64,000 nt of DNA, taken from a virus. The notes beneath the pieces are model-generated. The model saw nothing but the letters and a program-made list of their open reading frames with translations, was not told the origin of the DNA and ran no database searches. Of the stretch, positions 27,918 to 38,700 are shown one piece after another. The stretch is from the IMG/VR virus record IMGVR_UViG_3300028361_000024, positions 3,829 through 67,828 of that record; one strand, 5' to 3'. The translations under genes and the position numbers were made by a program. The stretch's first letter is position 1, and every line of letters starts with the position of its first letter.

Positions 27918-30101
27918 TTAGAGCTCAATGGCTGCTGAGGCTACTCCACCAAGAGTGTCGCGAAGTGCAGCAGCTGCACCGTTGACACTAATGGTTGAAG
28001 TAATAGCAAGACCCTCAACGCCGACCTTGGCAATGCCCTCGAAGGTTTCAACGAACATTTTGTAATCGTTGGTTCCAACAAGAGTGCTGTCACGGATAAT
28101 TCCGAGGTCCAGCGTACCTCCGTCAAGGAACAAGAATGTTCCTTCAGCGAACAGGTACCAAGTGAACGAGTCAGCGAACTCAACAAGTGCAGTTGCACCC
28201 TGAGCGCCAAATGCGTTCTGGTCGAGCGAGAAGCTCACGATTACGTTGCGGCTTGCAAGGTATCCATCAATCTCGGCGTAAGCGTCGAGAGTGTTGTCAC
28301 CAGGCATTGCCAACGCAAGGTCAGCTGCCATAGCGTCTTTTACCCACGCAGGGATAATAATACGCAATGGAGCGTCAGCCTCTAGACGGTGACGTGAGCG
28401 GTACCCAGAAGCAGCGCGGCCAACCTGGACCAAGAAGTCACGACCAAAACCGATAAGGTTTGTGGTTGTAACAGCGGTCGAAGCGGCAGCAATCTTGCCA
28501 AGCAAGCTCTGCTCTGCCTCACGTGCGTGCTGAATCAGACCAAGCTCGTTGTGACGAGCAATCAATTCAGGGTACGCACGAGTAGCAAGGTTACCGAACT
28601 GCAGCTGAAGAGTAATAGCGTCAGTTGCGACGGTCTGCTCAGCAGCGGCCAGAACTGTCAGGCTAAGCTTCTCAGAAGGGCTTGGGGTTTCTGCGGCATC
28701 ATTAGCTGCAGTCCAAACACCAACGGCGTCAGCATACTCTGAAAGTACGGGCGGGGTAACGTAACGGATACCACCACGGTCGGCCTGGAAGCGAGGCAGA
28801 GCGTCACGCACGGGGCGAGCGGTCGAGCCGATTCCAAAAACGTCGTAGCGGGCTTCGAATGGCGCAACGTGTCCACCAGCTGCAACGATAGCGGCTGGGG
28901 AAACAAGGTTATTAATCTTGGCCCAGTTGCTTTCTGCATCCGAGGACAGGGTGCGGTCTTCAGGGTAGGACTGAGTGATAGACGCAACAATGTGCTGCTC
29001 ACCGTCCCCGCCATTCACGCGACGAAGCCCGTGAAGGCGTTTTGCCATTGCCTCAGCAACGGTACTCATACTGTCTAGTGAACTACCAGCTGTATAACCA
29101 GGGATGTCTGCGCCCGCTGTGATTGCAACGGGAGCTACTGTCTCCTTGGATGCCAGACGGCGGTCCGCTGGTACCTCTAGGTCGAGGTTGTCTGCTTGTT
29201 CGGCAGAAGCGGTCACAGGTGCCTCCATAGTTTCTTGAGCTGATAATTCAGCTACATTTGATGTGATTTCTTCGTTTGTTGCGGCTTCGGCTGAAACGTC
29301 TACCTCAAATGCGGCCTCTACTTCGGAGTCCACAGAAGCTTCAGCTTCTGCACTCTCTTCGACGGAAGCAACCTCTTCGGTTGACTTTTCTACTTCGGCG
29401 GTCTCTACTTCATCTTCAGCTTCAACAACTGTCTCCACAGAAGCCTCTTCGGCCTCTACTTCAACAACTGTGTCCTCATCGGCAGCAGCAGTGATTGTCT
29501 CTTCGGCGGATGCCTCTGAGACGGTTTCTTCTTGAGTCGAGAGTTCGGTAGTCTCTTTCACTTCAGTTGATGCTTCAGACATTTTTTTCTTCTTTTCCAT
29601 TTCATCCTCATCCTCATCGTTATCATCTTCCATTTCGGAATCGGAATCGGAATCGGAATCGGTTGGAGTTTCGGATTCGGCTACTGGAGCCTCGTCTTCC
29701 ATCTCCTCGGATAGCTGAACAGGAGTGTCAATTTCGGGCATTTCCTTCTCTTTGTCAGAGTCCATAGCGGCCTCTGCGTCAGATGAGGTCATTTCCTCTT
29801 CCTTCATCTCCTCTTCGCCTTCAGAAGAATCCATATCTTCTTTAGCTTCGTCGCCACGCACGCGGTTAGCTGCATCAGCTGCCCGCTGGGCGAGCTCCTG
29901 AATTGCGGCCTCGCGCTGCCTGAGTTCGCCGCGAACGGCGTCAAGCATGTCGGCAAGCGACGTCATCGCGTCAACTGTCTGTGAGGAAGGTTCCTCATTC
30001 TCGACCGCTTCGAATTCGTTGACAATCATTTCCTGAAGCTCGCTAACCTGTTCGTCAGCGAGTTCGGAGAGCTGATTCATCATCTCCGTAATACGGTCCA
30101 C
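27918..30101 (-). CDS. Major capsid (hexamer-type) protein with long acidic N-terminal scaffold-like region
   Basis: AAGGHVAP...YD, LPRFQADRGGI, GTLDLGIIRDSTLVGTNDY; ~320-aa E/D-rich leader; AAGGAGG RBS. Confidence 0.88.
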   Translation of the reverse strand: MDRITEMMNQLSELADEQVSELQEMIVNEFEAVENEEPSSQTVDAMTSLADMLDAVRGELRQREAAIQELAQRAADAANRVRGDEAKEDMDSSEGEEEMKEEEMTSSDAEAAMDSDKEKEMPEIDTPVQLSEEMEDEAPVAESETPTDSDSDSDSEMEDDNDEDEDEMEKKKKMSEASTEVKETTELSTQEETVSEASAEETITAAADEDTVVEVEAEEASVETVVEAEDEVETAEVEKSTEEVASVEESAEAEASVDSEVEAAFEVDVSAEAATNEEITSNVAELSAQETMEAPVTASAEQADNLDLEVPADRRLASKETVAPVAITAGADIPGYTAGSSLDSMSTVAEAMAKRLHGLRRVNGGDGEQHIVASITQSYPEDRTLSSDAESNWAKINNLVSPAAIVAAGGHVAPFEARYDVFGIGSTARPVRDALPRFQADRGGIRYVTPPVLSEYADAVGVWTAANDAAETPSPSEKLSLTVLAAAEQTVATDAITLQLQFGNLATRAYPELIARHNELGLIQHAREAEQSLLGKIAAASTAVTTTNLIGFGRDFLVQVGRAASGYRSRHRLEADAPLRIIIPAWVKDAMAADLALAMPGDNTLDAYAEIDGYLASRNVIVSFSLDQNAFGAQGATALVEFADSFTWYLFAEGTFLFLDGGTLDLGIIRDSTLVGTNDYKMFVETFEGIAKVGVEGLAITSTISVNGAAAALRDTLGGVASAAIEL

Positions 30102-30263
30102 TGTCCCTCCTTAGGGCAGTCACATAGGACGGGTGTCCTACTTGCTCATCAGTCGAGGCCGAGGGACTCCTGAACGCACAAGGCGTGGAGGCACTCCACC
30201 TACATACAATGTTACATAAGTTGTAAAGTAGTGATTGTACGAATAGTCGATTAGATGTGGTGA

Positions 30264-33200
30264 TTAGGTAAGGAGCCTAAGTAGCTTCGACATCTCTGCA
30301 GAAATCTCACTCTGGTTGAAGTAATCTCCGCCAGACATGAATCTCTTAAGGTCAGCAGTAGCTATATCCGCGTCTTCGTCGCCAATTTTGGCTTCAACCC
30401 GCTCAATCATGTCCTTCATCAGCTGCTGGAGAGGGTCGGGCACATCGCTATACCTAATCTTCTGAGACTCTTCGCCAAACTGAAGGGGGAGGTTAGCAAT
30501 CACTTCGCCTAGCTTCCCAGAACTCTCACGAATGTTCTCTAAAGCTTCAGGATTAAGTGCTTTTGCGTCCAATCGGTCAACAAACCCGATTAATTTCTGA
30601 GCAGACTCTGTTGCTTGGTCGGTGTCTCCCGACTCATCGAAGTTCTCAATCTCTTTAGCTCTTTCAACTGCGTCATTGAGACCAGCAATGCCTAGGTCCG
30701 TCTTTAGGCGAGCTAAAACTTTACGGAACTTGCCCGAGTCATCTCTCGGCTGAGTGTCAGGCGTAAGTTTAGGACGAAGGTCCTCGTTTTCACGAGAAGT
30801 TTTTTCCGTCTTTAGGGCCTCAACTTCTTCAGGCGTTAGGTCTTCTAAATTTTCGTCATCTCCTGCTGCTGCAGTAAAACCCTTTTCAGTAAAAAGTGCT
30901 TCTAAATTTTCTGAATCAGAGCTCTTTTTCATGCTTAAAATACCTGAAGCAGTGATAGCACGGTCGCGTAGCGAAAGTTCCTCACCGTTTTCGCTAAATT
31001 TCGTGCTCCACTTTGGTGGAATCAGGTCTGGACGGTTTAGTCCGCGTGCACGCTTCATGATGTGCTTGCGGACTGCTCCCTTAGCTCCAGGCTTTGCCCG
31101 TCCGTACGCACGGACCGCATTTCGAAGGTCAGAAATATTTCTGATTGGGAAAGAGCCATCAGGCATCGCCTTACCCTCACGAGCAAGACGCTGACGAATC
31201 CTCCGAGGAACAACGGCAAGCTCGTTTTCTGGGTCATCATCCATCATCTGAATCATGTATTCCCATGATTCGTCATCTTTCTTTTTCGCCTCTTTGACGC
31301 GGAGAGAGAGCTCGTTCATACGTTCAAGATTGGTAGAGCGAATTTCTTCGCGTGCTTGGGCAAATCGAGCGCGTGCATTCTCAATTAGAGGCTCAGACTG
31401 AGCAACAGCGAGCGCATCAATTTTTGCATTTAGTTCCGCGAGGGGGTCACTCTTTAATTGTGCAAGCACGTTTGCGCCAGCTGCAACCAAAGCCATAACC
31501 TGACCCGAAGCAACTCTTGCGCGAGCGATAGGGAATCCAGGGACATTTACCTGACATACAGCGACTAGTTCTAGGCTGCCCTTAATTGGACGCCAGTCTC
31601 CAGAAGGTGCTGATGCACGGGCTGCACGAATCTGCTCTGGGGTGGTGCCAGAACGGAGCGAACCAGCAACCCAGATTCCGTAGGAATCTTCTCCAGCGTG
31701 GACATCGGCAAACGCAGACCCTGTGTCGTCGTAGTGCTTAGCTGCTTGCTGAGCAGATGCCTCAAGCCCAGCGTGACCGCCAGCAAGGGTCAACTGACCC
31801 ACTGGGACATCTGAACCCTCTTCGGTGCGGACAACTCCAGTGTGGAAGTAGGAATACTGGCTACGGCTGCGGGGTGGCTTAGTACCAAATGCCATACCGA
31901 TGTGGTCAACATGCCATGCAGCAATGTGACCAAATACGCGACCGTCATCTCCGATAGTCAAAGGCGTAGCTTTTTTAAGTTTGGGGTTCTCGAACCAGGT
32001 TGTTGGGGGCTCATTTGGAATTGCACCAGCAACCATTCCGCAGGCGACTAAAGCAGACGCATCTAGCGGGTTAACGTTATCTACGTACACACCATCTGGT
32101 TGCATTGTTTCCTCCTCGGCATCGCTGGTTTCATCAACGATTTGTATGAAGCACTCCTGAAATGCTGGCTTGGGCACGATAGTGACCGCCATCACACGGG
32201 CGCTTGTTATATTTATTCTACCTGAGCTAATGCTTTTCGAGTCGCCGCCTGTGTCGTCTGTGGTCTCTTCATCAGCCTCAAACTTATCCATATCAGCAGA
32301 CACCCCTCGGACAAATCCGTGACGTACAAGCCTCTCGGCTTCTTTACCAAATTCACCGCTATCAAATAGCCCAATGGCGTTTCCAATACCACTCTTAGTG
32401 CGCTCCATGCTAATAATCTGCCCCACAACCACAGACCCGTCGTGGCCGTTGCCTGTTTTAATCTGCCAAAGCAGGGGAAGCGGAAGGTCTCGCATACCGA
32501 TGGAGTCTTTTTGGAAAACGCGACCGTCACCAGTTTCGATTCCTTCAGGGATTACCAAAGGAATTACAAACTTTGCTCCATGCTCCGTGGGGCTAGCACC
32601 TGCCCTTCCCTTAACCTTGGATTTAGCAGACATTGCGCGTGCACGGAGAGTGGCCATCTCAATAATCTGAGCTTCCGACCTAAGCGTGCTCAGGGGGGTG
32701 CTCTGTAGTTCGGCAGATGCCTTCAAAGCGCTGCCCCTTTTTTTCTTGCCTACATTCTTTTTGTCACCAGGCCATACGCCCGTCATCTCTTTGTGACGAA
32801 GCGCACAGTAGCCTTTTGCACGGGGGCCCATATATTTCTTGAGCTGACGGTTACACCTAGTCCAGTCCCCTGGGGTGTTCCATCGAATCTTTAGTCCGCC
32901 TTTGCCAACTGTCCAATAGCGACGTAGGTTCTCAGCGTTGCCTTTGTTGCGGTCGGCACCGCCCGCAGCCATAAGTGCAGAAATTGTTGTGTTCCTAGTC
33001 AAAGCAAAATGTGACTGTACTACTGCACTAGCCACCACAGCGTCACCATCTATTTGCTCGGTGACAATAGCTAAATTCTCATTGTCCAGCACAATTACAG
33101 GCGGTGGAGTAGGACTGTTCAAATCCGCAAGGACCTGCTCGTCTTTGACCCACTCGCCAGGTCTTCTAACGAAAGTGGTGGGAGAAGCTGTTCCAGTAGA

Positions 33201-35174
33201 TGCTGGAATCAAGCAAACCAGATTTAAAACAGCTTGGGGGTCGTCATCAGCAACAATAGCCAAGTACATCGGCTTTACATCAGTACTCTCTGGAGTCAGC
33301 ATTCTTGCTTTGCCATCAGCTGCTGCAGTCAGTCCTTCGGCAGAAAGCTTGGTTGGGTCAAACCTACTGTCCCAGGACCTGCGATTTTCTTGGCCTACTA
33401 CTTTGTCGCGAGACTGCTTGTCGTCTACTTTTACCCCAGGGAAGCTTTTTGGTTTGTACCAGCTACCGTATGTCTGTCCAGAGCCTCTGCCAGACTTATC
33501 GCCGTACACAGAATCTAACCAGTCACGAAGAAGTGGCTCGTTGTAGACGTTCTCTGTTGTAGCAGGGCTCCATCCAGGCTTAGCCGTACCATCTGGGTTA
33601 AAAGAGCCCTTGTGGTAACGTCCCAGCGCAGTGTTGATGTCTGGTACAGCCTTAGGAACAAACGGAGGAATTGGGTCACCGTCATACTCAGGGGCTAACC
33701 TTTGGTCTGCAACCCACGAGCCCCAGTCTCTAACTAATGTGCCAACATTTGAAGCGGTTAGTGGTGGAAGGCGGCCAGGCAATTGAGCGTTTGGCTGGTC
33801 GATAGGGACTCTTGGTTCGCCAAGGATTCCAGTAAAATCTAAGTTATTTGCGGGGAAGTTGGCCTGAGATACAGGCTCAAAGGTTTCTACTTTTTGAGTT
33901 GAGCTTCCAGCTACTGTAACTGATTCTCCGTTATTTAACTCAACAGTGACCGTCTTGTCAGTAGGGTTCTGAGATGTAACAACCCCTTGATAGTTAAAAT
34001 CTCCGCCAATCACAACTGTCGAACCGTTTTCTGCGAACCGCCCCAACTTGTCACGAACTTGCGTCTCAGCTCGCGCTGCCCTTTCTTCTGGGGTGTCTAC
34101 TCCTGGGCTTGTATCGACGGAAGACTCCTCAGCAAAAGTTGCGACCCCTGAAGCCATAAGACCGTCGTCGTAGTAGTCCTCTTCTTCCAAGAGGTCAGGA
34201 GTCTCGTCACTGAACTGGTCTAACAACTCAAAGTCAAGTTCTGGCATTGCTGCCTCAAAAAGCTCTGTTTCGTTGAAGTTCAACTGCTTGAGAAATACTG
34301 GCTCCATAGGAGCATTGTCCAACATCGCGGAGCAGGAGATGGCGGTCTCACGGTCTACTGGAACATAGGTTTTTTGGCTTTTATCGTAGGGGTCATCTAA
34401 AGCTTTGTCGTAAGTGATAAAGTCATTTTCAACGTTGCCCATGTCTTCCCACGAGCCGTCATCCCAGACCTTGCAAGTTCCGTCTTCGTCTACTTTGTAG
34501 AGGCGGTCAATCCCGCCACTAGTCAGATTAATTCGGATATAGAAATCAGGCTCTACACCAGTCGCAGCGTAGGAACCATAGTCAACCCTCTGCTCTGCAT
34601 AATATTCGTCGTAGCCCCCAGCCGAAAGGCCTTCTTTGCTATTCTCGCGCTCAACGATGGCTGATGCCCAGCGCTGTGCAGCGTCCCCACCCCAAAGTGC
34701 CCAAGCAATGCGACCATTACTTGGGTAGTTATCCTCAGCTGGCTTGTAGCCTTTGGCTTTTTTGTCTACTTCGTGGCGCGGGAAATACTTAGCAATGTGG
34801 CGAACTTTTTCAATTCCAACTTGACCACCCTTGACAAGACTGCGAGCATTGTTAAGGCCAACGGGAGTGCCTCCCCGCTTCTCTTCTTTACGCCACGCAA
34901 GCCCCCGCTTAGCCTCAGCGATGACAGACTTAGGGATTGTGTACATACGGTCATTAGCCGCAAAAACTCTGATGTCCAGCTCGGTAATCGCGGCCTTGGC
35001 CAACTCTGCTGAGGGGCCTATTGGCTCTTCGATTGAAGCGTCCCACTGGGCTGACGCAACGAGGGTCTCAGTCTCGTCTACGCGAATAATCGTGTTGGAC
35101 ATTACGTCGACAACTACGCCTCTTTCAGCGTCCGTGTACAAAAGTTGATTCCCGTGGCTACCGTGGTATTCCAT
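30264..35174 (-). CDS. 1636-aa head polyprotein containing the capsid maturation protease and several small domains
   Basis: Protease-like EGIETGDGR...LPLLW...GHDG...GVSADMD...PAF (~32150-32570); GRVFGHIA domain; IAWALWGG domain; LRRYW...KIRW domain; DUF6582-like MPDGSFPI domain; directly upstream of MCP. Confidence 0.8.
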   Translation of the reverse strand: MEYHGSHGNQLLYTDAERGVVVDVMSNTIIRVDETETLVASAQWDASIEEPIGPSAELAKAAITELDIRVFAANDRMYTIPKSVIAEAKRGLAWRKEEKRGGTPVGLNNARSLVKGGQVGIEKVRHIAKYFPRHEVDKKAKGYKPAEDNYPSNGRIAWALWGGDAAQRWASAIVERENSKEGLSAGGYDEYYAEQRVDYGSYAATGVEPDFYIRINLTSGGIDRLYKVDEDGTCKVWDDGSWEDMGNVENDFITYDKALDDPYDKSQKTYVPVDRETAISCSAMLDNAPMEPVFLKQLNFNETELFEAAMPELDFELLDQFSDETPDLLEEEDYYDDGLMASGVATFAEESSVDTSPGVDTPEERAARAETQVRDKLGRFAENGSTVVIGGDFNYQGVVTSQNPTDKTVTVELNNGESVTVAGSSTQKVETFEPVSQANFPANNLDFTGILGEPRVPIDQPNAQLPGRLPPLTASNVGTLVRDWGSWVADQRLAPEYDGDPIPPFVPKAVPDINTALGRYHKGSFNPDGTAKPGWSPATTENVYNEPLLRDWLDSVYGDKSGRGSGQTYGSWYKPKSFPGVKVDDKQSRDKVVGQENRRSWDSRFDPTKLSAEGLTAAADGKARMLTPESTDVKPMYLAIVADDDPQAVLNLVCLIPASTGTASPTTFVRRPGEWVKDEQVLADLNSPTPPPVIVLDNENLAIVTEQIDGDAVVASAVVQSHFALTRNTTISALMAAGGADRNKGNAENLRRYWTVGKGGLKIRWNTPGDWTRCNRQLKKYMGPRAKGYCALRHKEMTGVWPGDKKNVGKKKRGSALKASAELQSTPLSTLRSEAQIIEMATLRARAMSAKSKVKGRAGASPTEHGAKFVIPLVIPEGIETGDGRVFQKDSIGMRDLPLPLLWQIKTGNGHDGSVVVGQIISMERTKSGIGNAIGLFDSGEFGKEAERLVRHGFVRGVSADMDKFEADEETTDDTGGDSKSISSGRINITSARVMAVTIVPKPAFQECFIQIVDETSDAEEETMQPDGVYVDNVNPLDASALVACGMVAGAIPNEPPTTWFENPKLKKATPLTIGDDGRVFGHIAAWHVDHIGMAFGTKPPRSRSQYSYFHTGVVRTEEGSDVPVGQLTLAGGHAGLEASAQQAAKHYDDTGSAFADVHAGEDSYGIWVAGSLRSGTTPEQIRAARASAPSGDWRPIKGSLELVAVCQVNVPGFPIARARVASGQVMALVAAGANVLAQLKSDPLAELNAKIDALAVAQSEPLIENARARFAQAREEIRSTNLERMNELSLRVKEAKKKDDESWEYMIQMMDDDPENELAVVPRRIRQRLAREGKAMPDGSFPIRNISDLRNAVRAYGRAKPGAKGAVRKHIMKRARGLNRPDLIPPKWSTKFSENGEELSLRDRAITASGILSMKKSSDSENLEALFTEKGFTAAAGDDENLEDLTPEEVEALKTEKTSRENEDLRPKLTPDTQPRDDSGKFRKVLARLKTDLGIAGLNDAVERAKEIENFDESGDTDQATESAQKLIGFVDRLDAKALNPEALENIRESSGKLGEVIANLPLQFGEESQKIRYSDVPDPLQQLMKDMIERVEAKIGDEDADIATADLKRFMSGGDYFNQSEISAEMSKLLRLLT

Positions 35175-35177
35175 AGG

Positions 35178-35459
35178 TTATTTGCCTTCCTCGTAGTCAA
35201 CCAAATCCTCAGAAGTGAGTAACTCGTTGTCGTCAAACCGCTTAACAAGTTCTGAAGCTTTTTCGTAATCCAGTTCAGTAATTTCGGTGCCGTCAAACTC
35301 TATAGCTATATCCGAAGTACCAAGGGTCCATTTACCGTCAATACGAAAAAAGGTACCCAAGTTTTCAATGTCGTAGACAAGCGTGACTACTTGGTTAAGT
35401 TCTGTGTCTACCAAAGCTTCTACGGATTGGTTAAAATCAACCGCCTCATTCTCCGCCAT
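35178..35459 (-). CDS. Small acidic hypothetical protein
   Basis: 93 aa, translationally coupled. Confidence 0.75.
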   Translation of the reverse strand: MAENEAVDFNQSVEALVDTELNQVVTLVYDIENLGTFFRIDGKWTLGTSDIAIEFDGTEITELDYEKASELVKRFDDNELLTSEDLVDYEEGK

Positions 35460-35767
35460 TAGGCTTCCTCGCTGTCTTCAGGTTCTGGATTAAGACTTGT
35501 TAAGTTGTCATCTTCTGCTACCTTACGAATGACGTATTTAGCGTCATGTGCTTCAAACTCAATTGTACCGTCTGGGGATATGGTGACATCCTCGCTATCA
35601 ACCAGATAGTCGTATCCATAGTCGCCCATGTCAACCGTAATGTAGTCGTTCTCATCCTCGCTGGAAGCAACAAGAACAGCCCCCAGGATTAGACGTTTGA
35701 AGGTCCCCTCGCTTGTGGATTTCTCTAAAATGCCCACACCCTCGTATACAAGTCGTACGTCTTTCAT
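35459..35767 (-). CDS. Small acidic hypothetical protein
   Basis: 102 aa, TAATG-coupled to giant ORF stop. Confidence 0.75.
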   Translation of the reverse strand: MKDVRLVYEGVGILEKSTSEGTFKRLILGAVLVASSEDENDYITVDMGDYGYDYLVDSEDVTISPDGTIEFEAHDAKYVIRKVAEDDNLTSLNPEPEDSEEA

Positions 35768-38700
35768 TATTTAACTCCAAATAATTCGTTTACGGGCTTA
35801 CCAGCAATTTCTGTAATTCCCTCGCTTGTCAATCGCTCTAGTAAAAACTTTCTGGCAGCTGAGTCAAGCGATATTCCAGATAAATCAGCCCAGCTAAGAT
35901 TGTCCTTAAACAGAACTTCCGACACGTTCGCGCCTTTCAAAAGCTCTAGATAGTCGGTGTCTTCGTACTTTTTACCCCACTCGTCGTAGTTAGAGCCATA
36001 AAACTCTGGGCGACGGATTAGCTGGACTCCATCAAAGAAAAACTCTAGGCCCTTGTACGAACCCTGGTTTAGGTCCATTTTTGGGGTCTTTCGAGTGAAC
36101 ACATACCCTGCGCCAACTCCTGCAAGGTCAGAAGAGCTTGACTGGCCAGAGGTATTTAACCCCTCGGTCCAACGAGTGACTGTGGAGTACAATCCGCCAC
36201 CAGTTTTGAACAGCAAGTCGTAGACAAAATCTGCTCTTGCTTTTTCGTCGCTTGGAAGGTTTCCGCTAGCAAAGTTGTGCTTAAAGAAGCTAACTCCATA
36301 GGTTGCAGCCAGCTGTTCTGCAACCTCTTCGGGAAGCAGGTACTGAATTGCGCCTTTTTGCTGCTCATCTACACGAACCTCCATGTTATCAGCAGTAAAG
36401 TTATAATTTTTCTCTACTTCATCAAGAATTTGCTTACGAAGTTCTCCCTCGTAGTTCTTTGCTCCATTGCCCTTTTTACCAAAAAGCGAAATAATTTTGT
36501 TCTCTGCAACTCCTCGGAAATCTGCTTCTGTGGCGGGGCGGACTTCTTGAACTCCACCAACTTCCTTTATGGCTTCAGCTATCTGCTCTGGAGTTGCGTT
36601 TTCTGGCAAAAGAATTTCTACACGGTTATGGAGCGAAACTGGGCCGTTGCTGGACCCGCCTTTTTTGAAAAAGTCGGGGGTGGTTGCACTGCGATTGGCA
36701 CGAATGAATTGGAACGCTCCGCTGCCCCCAGCAATCTCACCTCGGTAAGTACGGCCCTTGTTGTTGCCATCTACGTTCCCTGTGCTCCACTCTTCGCTAA
36801 ACGTTAAAGAGCCGTCTGCGTTGGTCTTGTACTTGTCTAGCCTCGCGTTATCACTAACGTCTAGGTCCTGCTGCTTAGCTAGTTTTTTGGTGAAAGCGTT
36901 GCCCGCCCAGTTGGTCAATTTAAAGGAAAGACGAATTTGCTTTTTGCCGTCTTTCTCTACTTTCTGAATCCGAACTTTCAGGTCTTCGATGTCCCCAGCG
37001 TCAATCATTACTTGAGAACCATTGGCAGCTTCTAGAGGACTTCCAGCATCCAGCTTAGTAACCGCGCTCTGGAGGCTTGGGACCTGCTCAAGGGGAGTGT
37101 CTCCCCAATTAGCTGGGCCATCGAGAGTCTCCACGGAAAAGCCAGGGCCCTCGACTGTGAACTTATCCGCTAAGTCTTGCTTGGCTTTCTCGATTACGGC
37201 TTTTTTAGCAGATTCTTCTTTTTGCTTCTTTTCTTGCTCTGCTTGGGCGACGGCTTGCTTTTTTGCCTCTTCAGCTTTGGCACCCTGAGCCTTTATGGCT
37301 TCAGCACGAATTGAGTCGTCTACTTCAATTCCCAGCTCTTTGGACTGCTCGTTAGTTAAAAACTTCTCGCGGCTCCATACGTTTTTTTGTTCTAGCTTCT
37401 GAGTAGTGCCTTTCATTGGCCCGTCGAAGTAGGTAACCTCTACGGCAAGTTCATTTGGGAAAGTCTTTGTTACGACACCGTGGCTTGCAAGTTCTGGGTT
37501 TGGCGCGTCTGGGTCTTGGTTAGAAGCAATAATTCCAGGGAGCATATTCTGACCAGTGGACGTTGCGTCTTTCACCAAGTACTTTTTAACAAGGCTTTTG
37601 TATTCGTTCTTATTTGAAGCTCCAAAGTACGAAGTGTGCATCGCAGAGTTCTTGTCTACAGCGACAGATTCAACCTCAGCCAACGTACTTTCTGGAGTAA
37701 GACCACTTGGGGCCACTGCTTCAGCTGGTTGTAACTCTTCTGGCTCGGGCGTAGGCGCTTCAGGCGCTGGTGTCTCGGGAGTAGTTGGTGGGGTTGGTGT
37801 TCCGCCGCCGCCGTCTCCTTCTTGTCCAGGGTCTTGGTCAGGGCCATCCTCAGGGGCTTGAGAGCCTTCAGGCATTAAGAAGGTAGAGGCTTTCCAGTTT
37901 GCCTTTGACTGTCCTTCAAATTTAACTTTTGCAACGTCTGTGTAGGTGTAGGTCTTGCCTCCAGCTTTCACAACGTACTGGTCCTTAAGGGAGGTAACAA
38001 CCCCCTTCTTGCCTGTCTTGGTATCAGTAACTGTCATCCCAACCTGAATAACGGTCGTGCCGTCTGCTGAAACGTAAGACTCCTGCTGCTTAGGGGGCAT
38101 GGATGGCTGAATAGTGGAGGCGGTCTCTTTTTTGGACCCAGCGAGAATCTTTGCAGGGAAGGCCTTGCTCTTGTAGATTTCGTTATTTATCCGACTGTTT
38201 AGGGCGGTAGATGAGTGCCAGCGACCTTTCAGCTCTTTAACCCTAGTGACACCCGTTTCTTCGTCTGTAATGCGGTGGTAGGTGCTAAATGTGTTGTCGG
38301 AGTTACGTTTTACTAAAACGTCAAAACGCTTATTGTTAAATTTGGTAGAAGAGACAACAATGTGTCCGTTGTCTAGAGTGCTAGCACTGTAGTCTTCGAT
38401 AACCTGCGCCCAAATTAAGTCAGGGTCAGTTGGGTTCGCAAGTTCTTTGGCAAGCTCGTCGAGGTCAATTTTCGAGACCGCGTCTGTAGGAATATCCTCG
38501 TCGCCATCTACGGGAGTAAGTGCCTGCTCTAAATCATCAGTTATCTTTTCCTCGGGAGTTGCCTTTGGAGTAGCTGCTGGTGCAGGGTTAGTCAAGTCAT
38601 TGAGAATGGACTCAACAAGCTCTGGGTCCTCTACTTCGTTGTCTTTGAAGCCTTGTAGTAGCTGCTTAATCTTTTCTGGGTCTTTGCTGCCGAACAAAGC

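Noticed and set aside
30120-30160. CTGATGAG followed by a stem-loop on the minus strand, resembling a hammerhead ribozyme core
   Set aside because: No GAAA after the stem and no stem I/III pairing found; kept only as a structured leader
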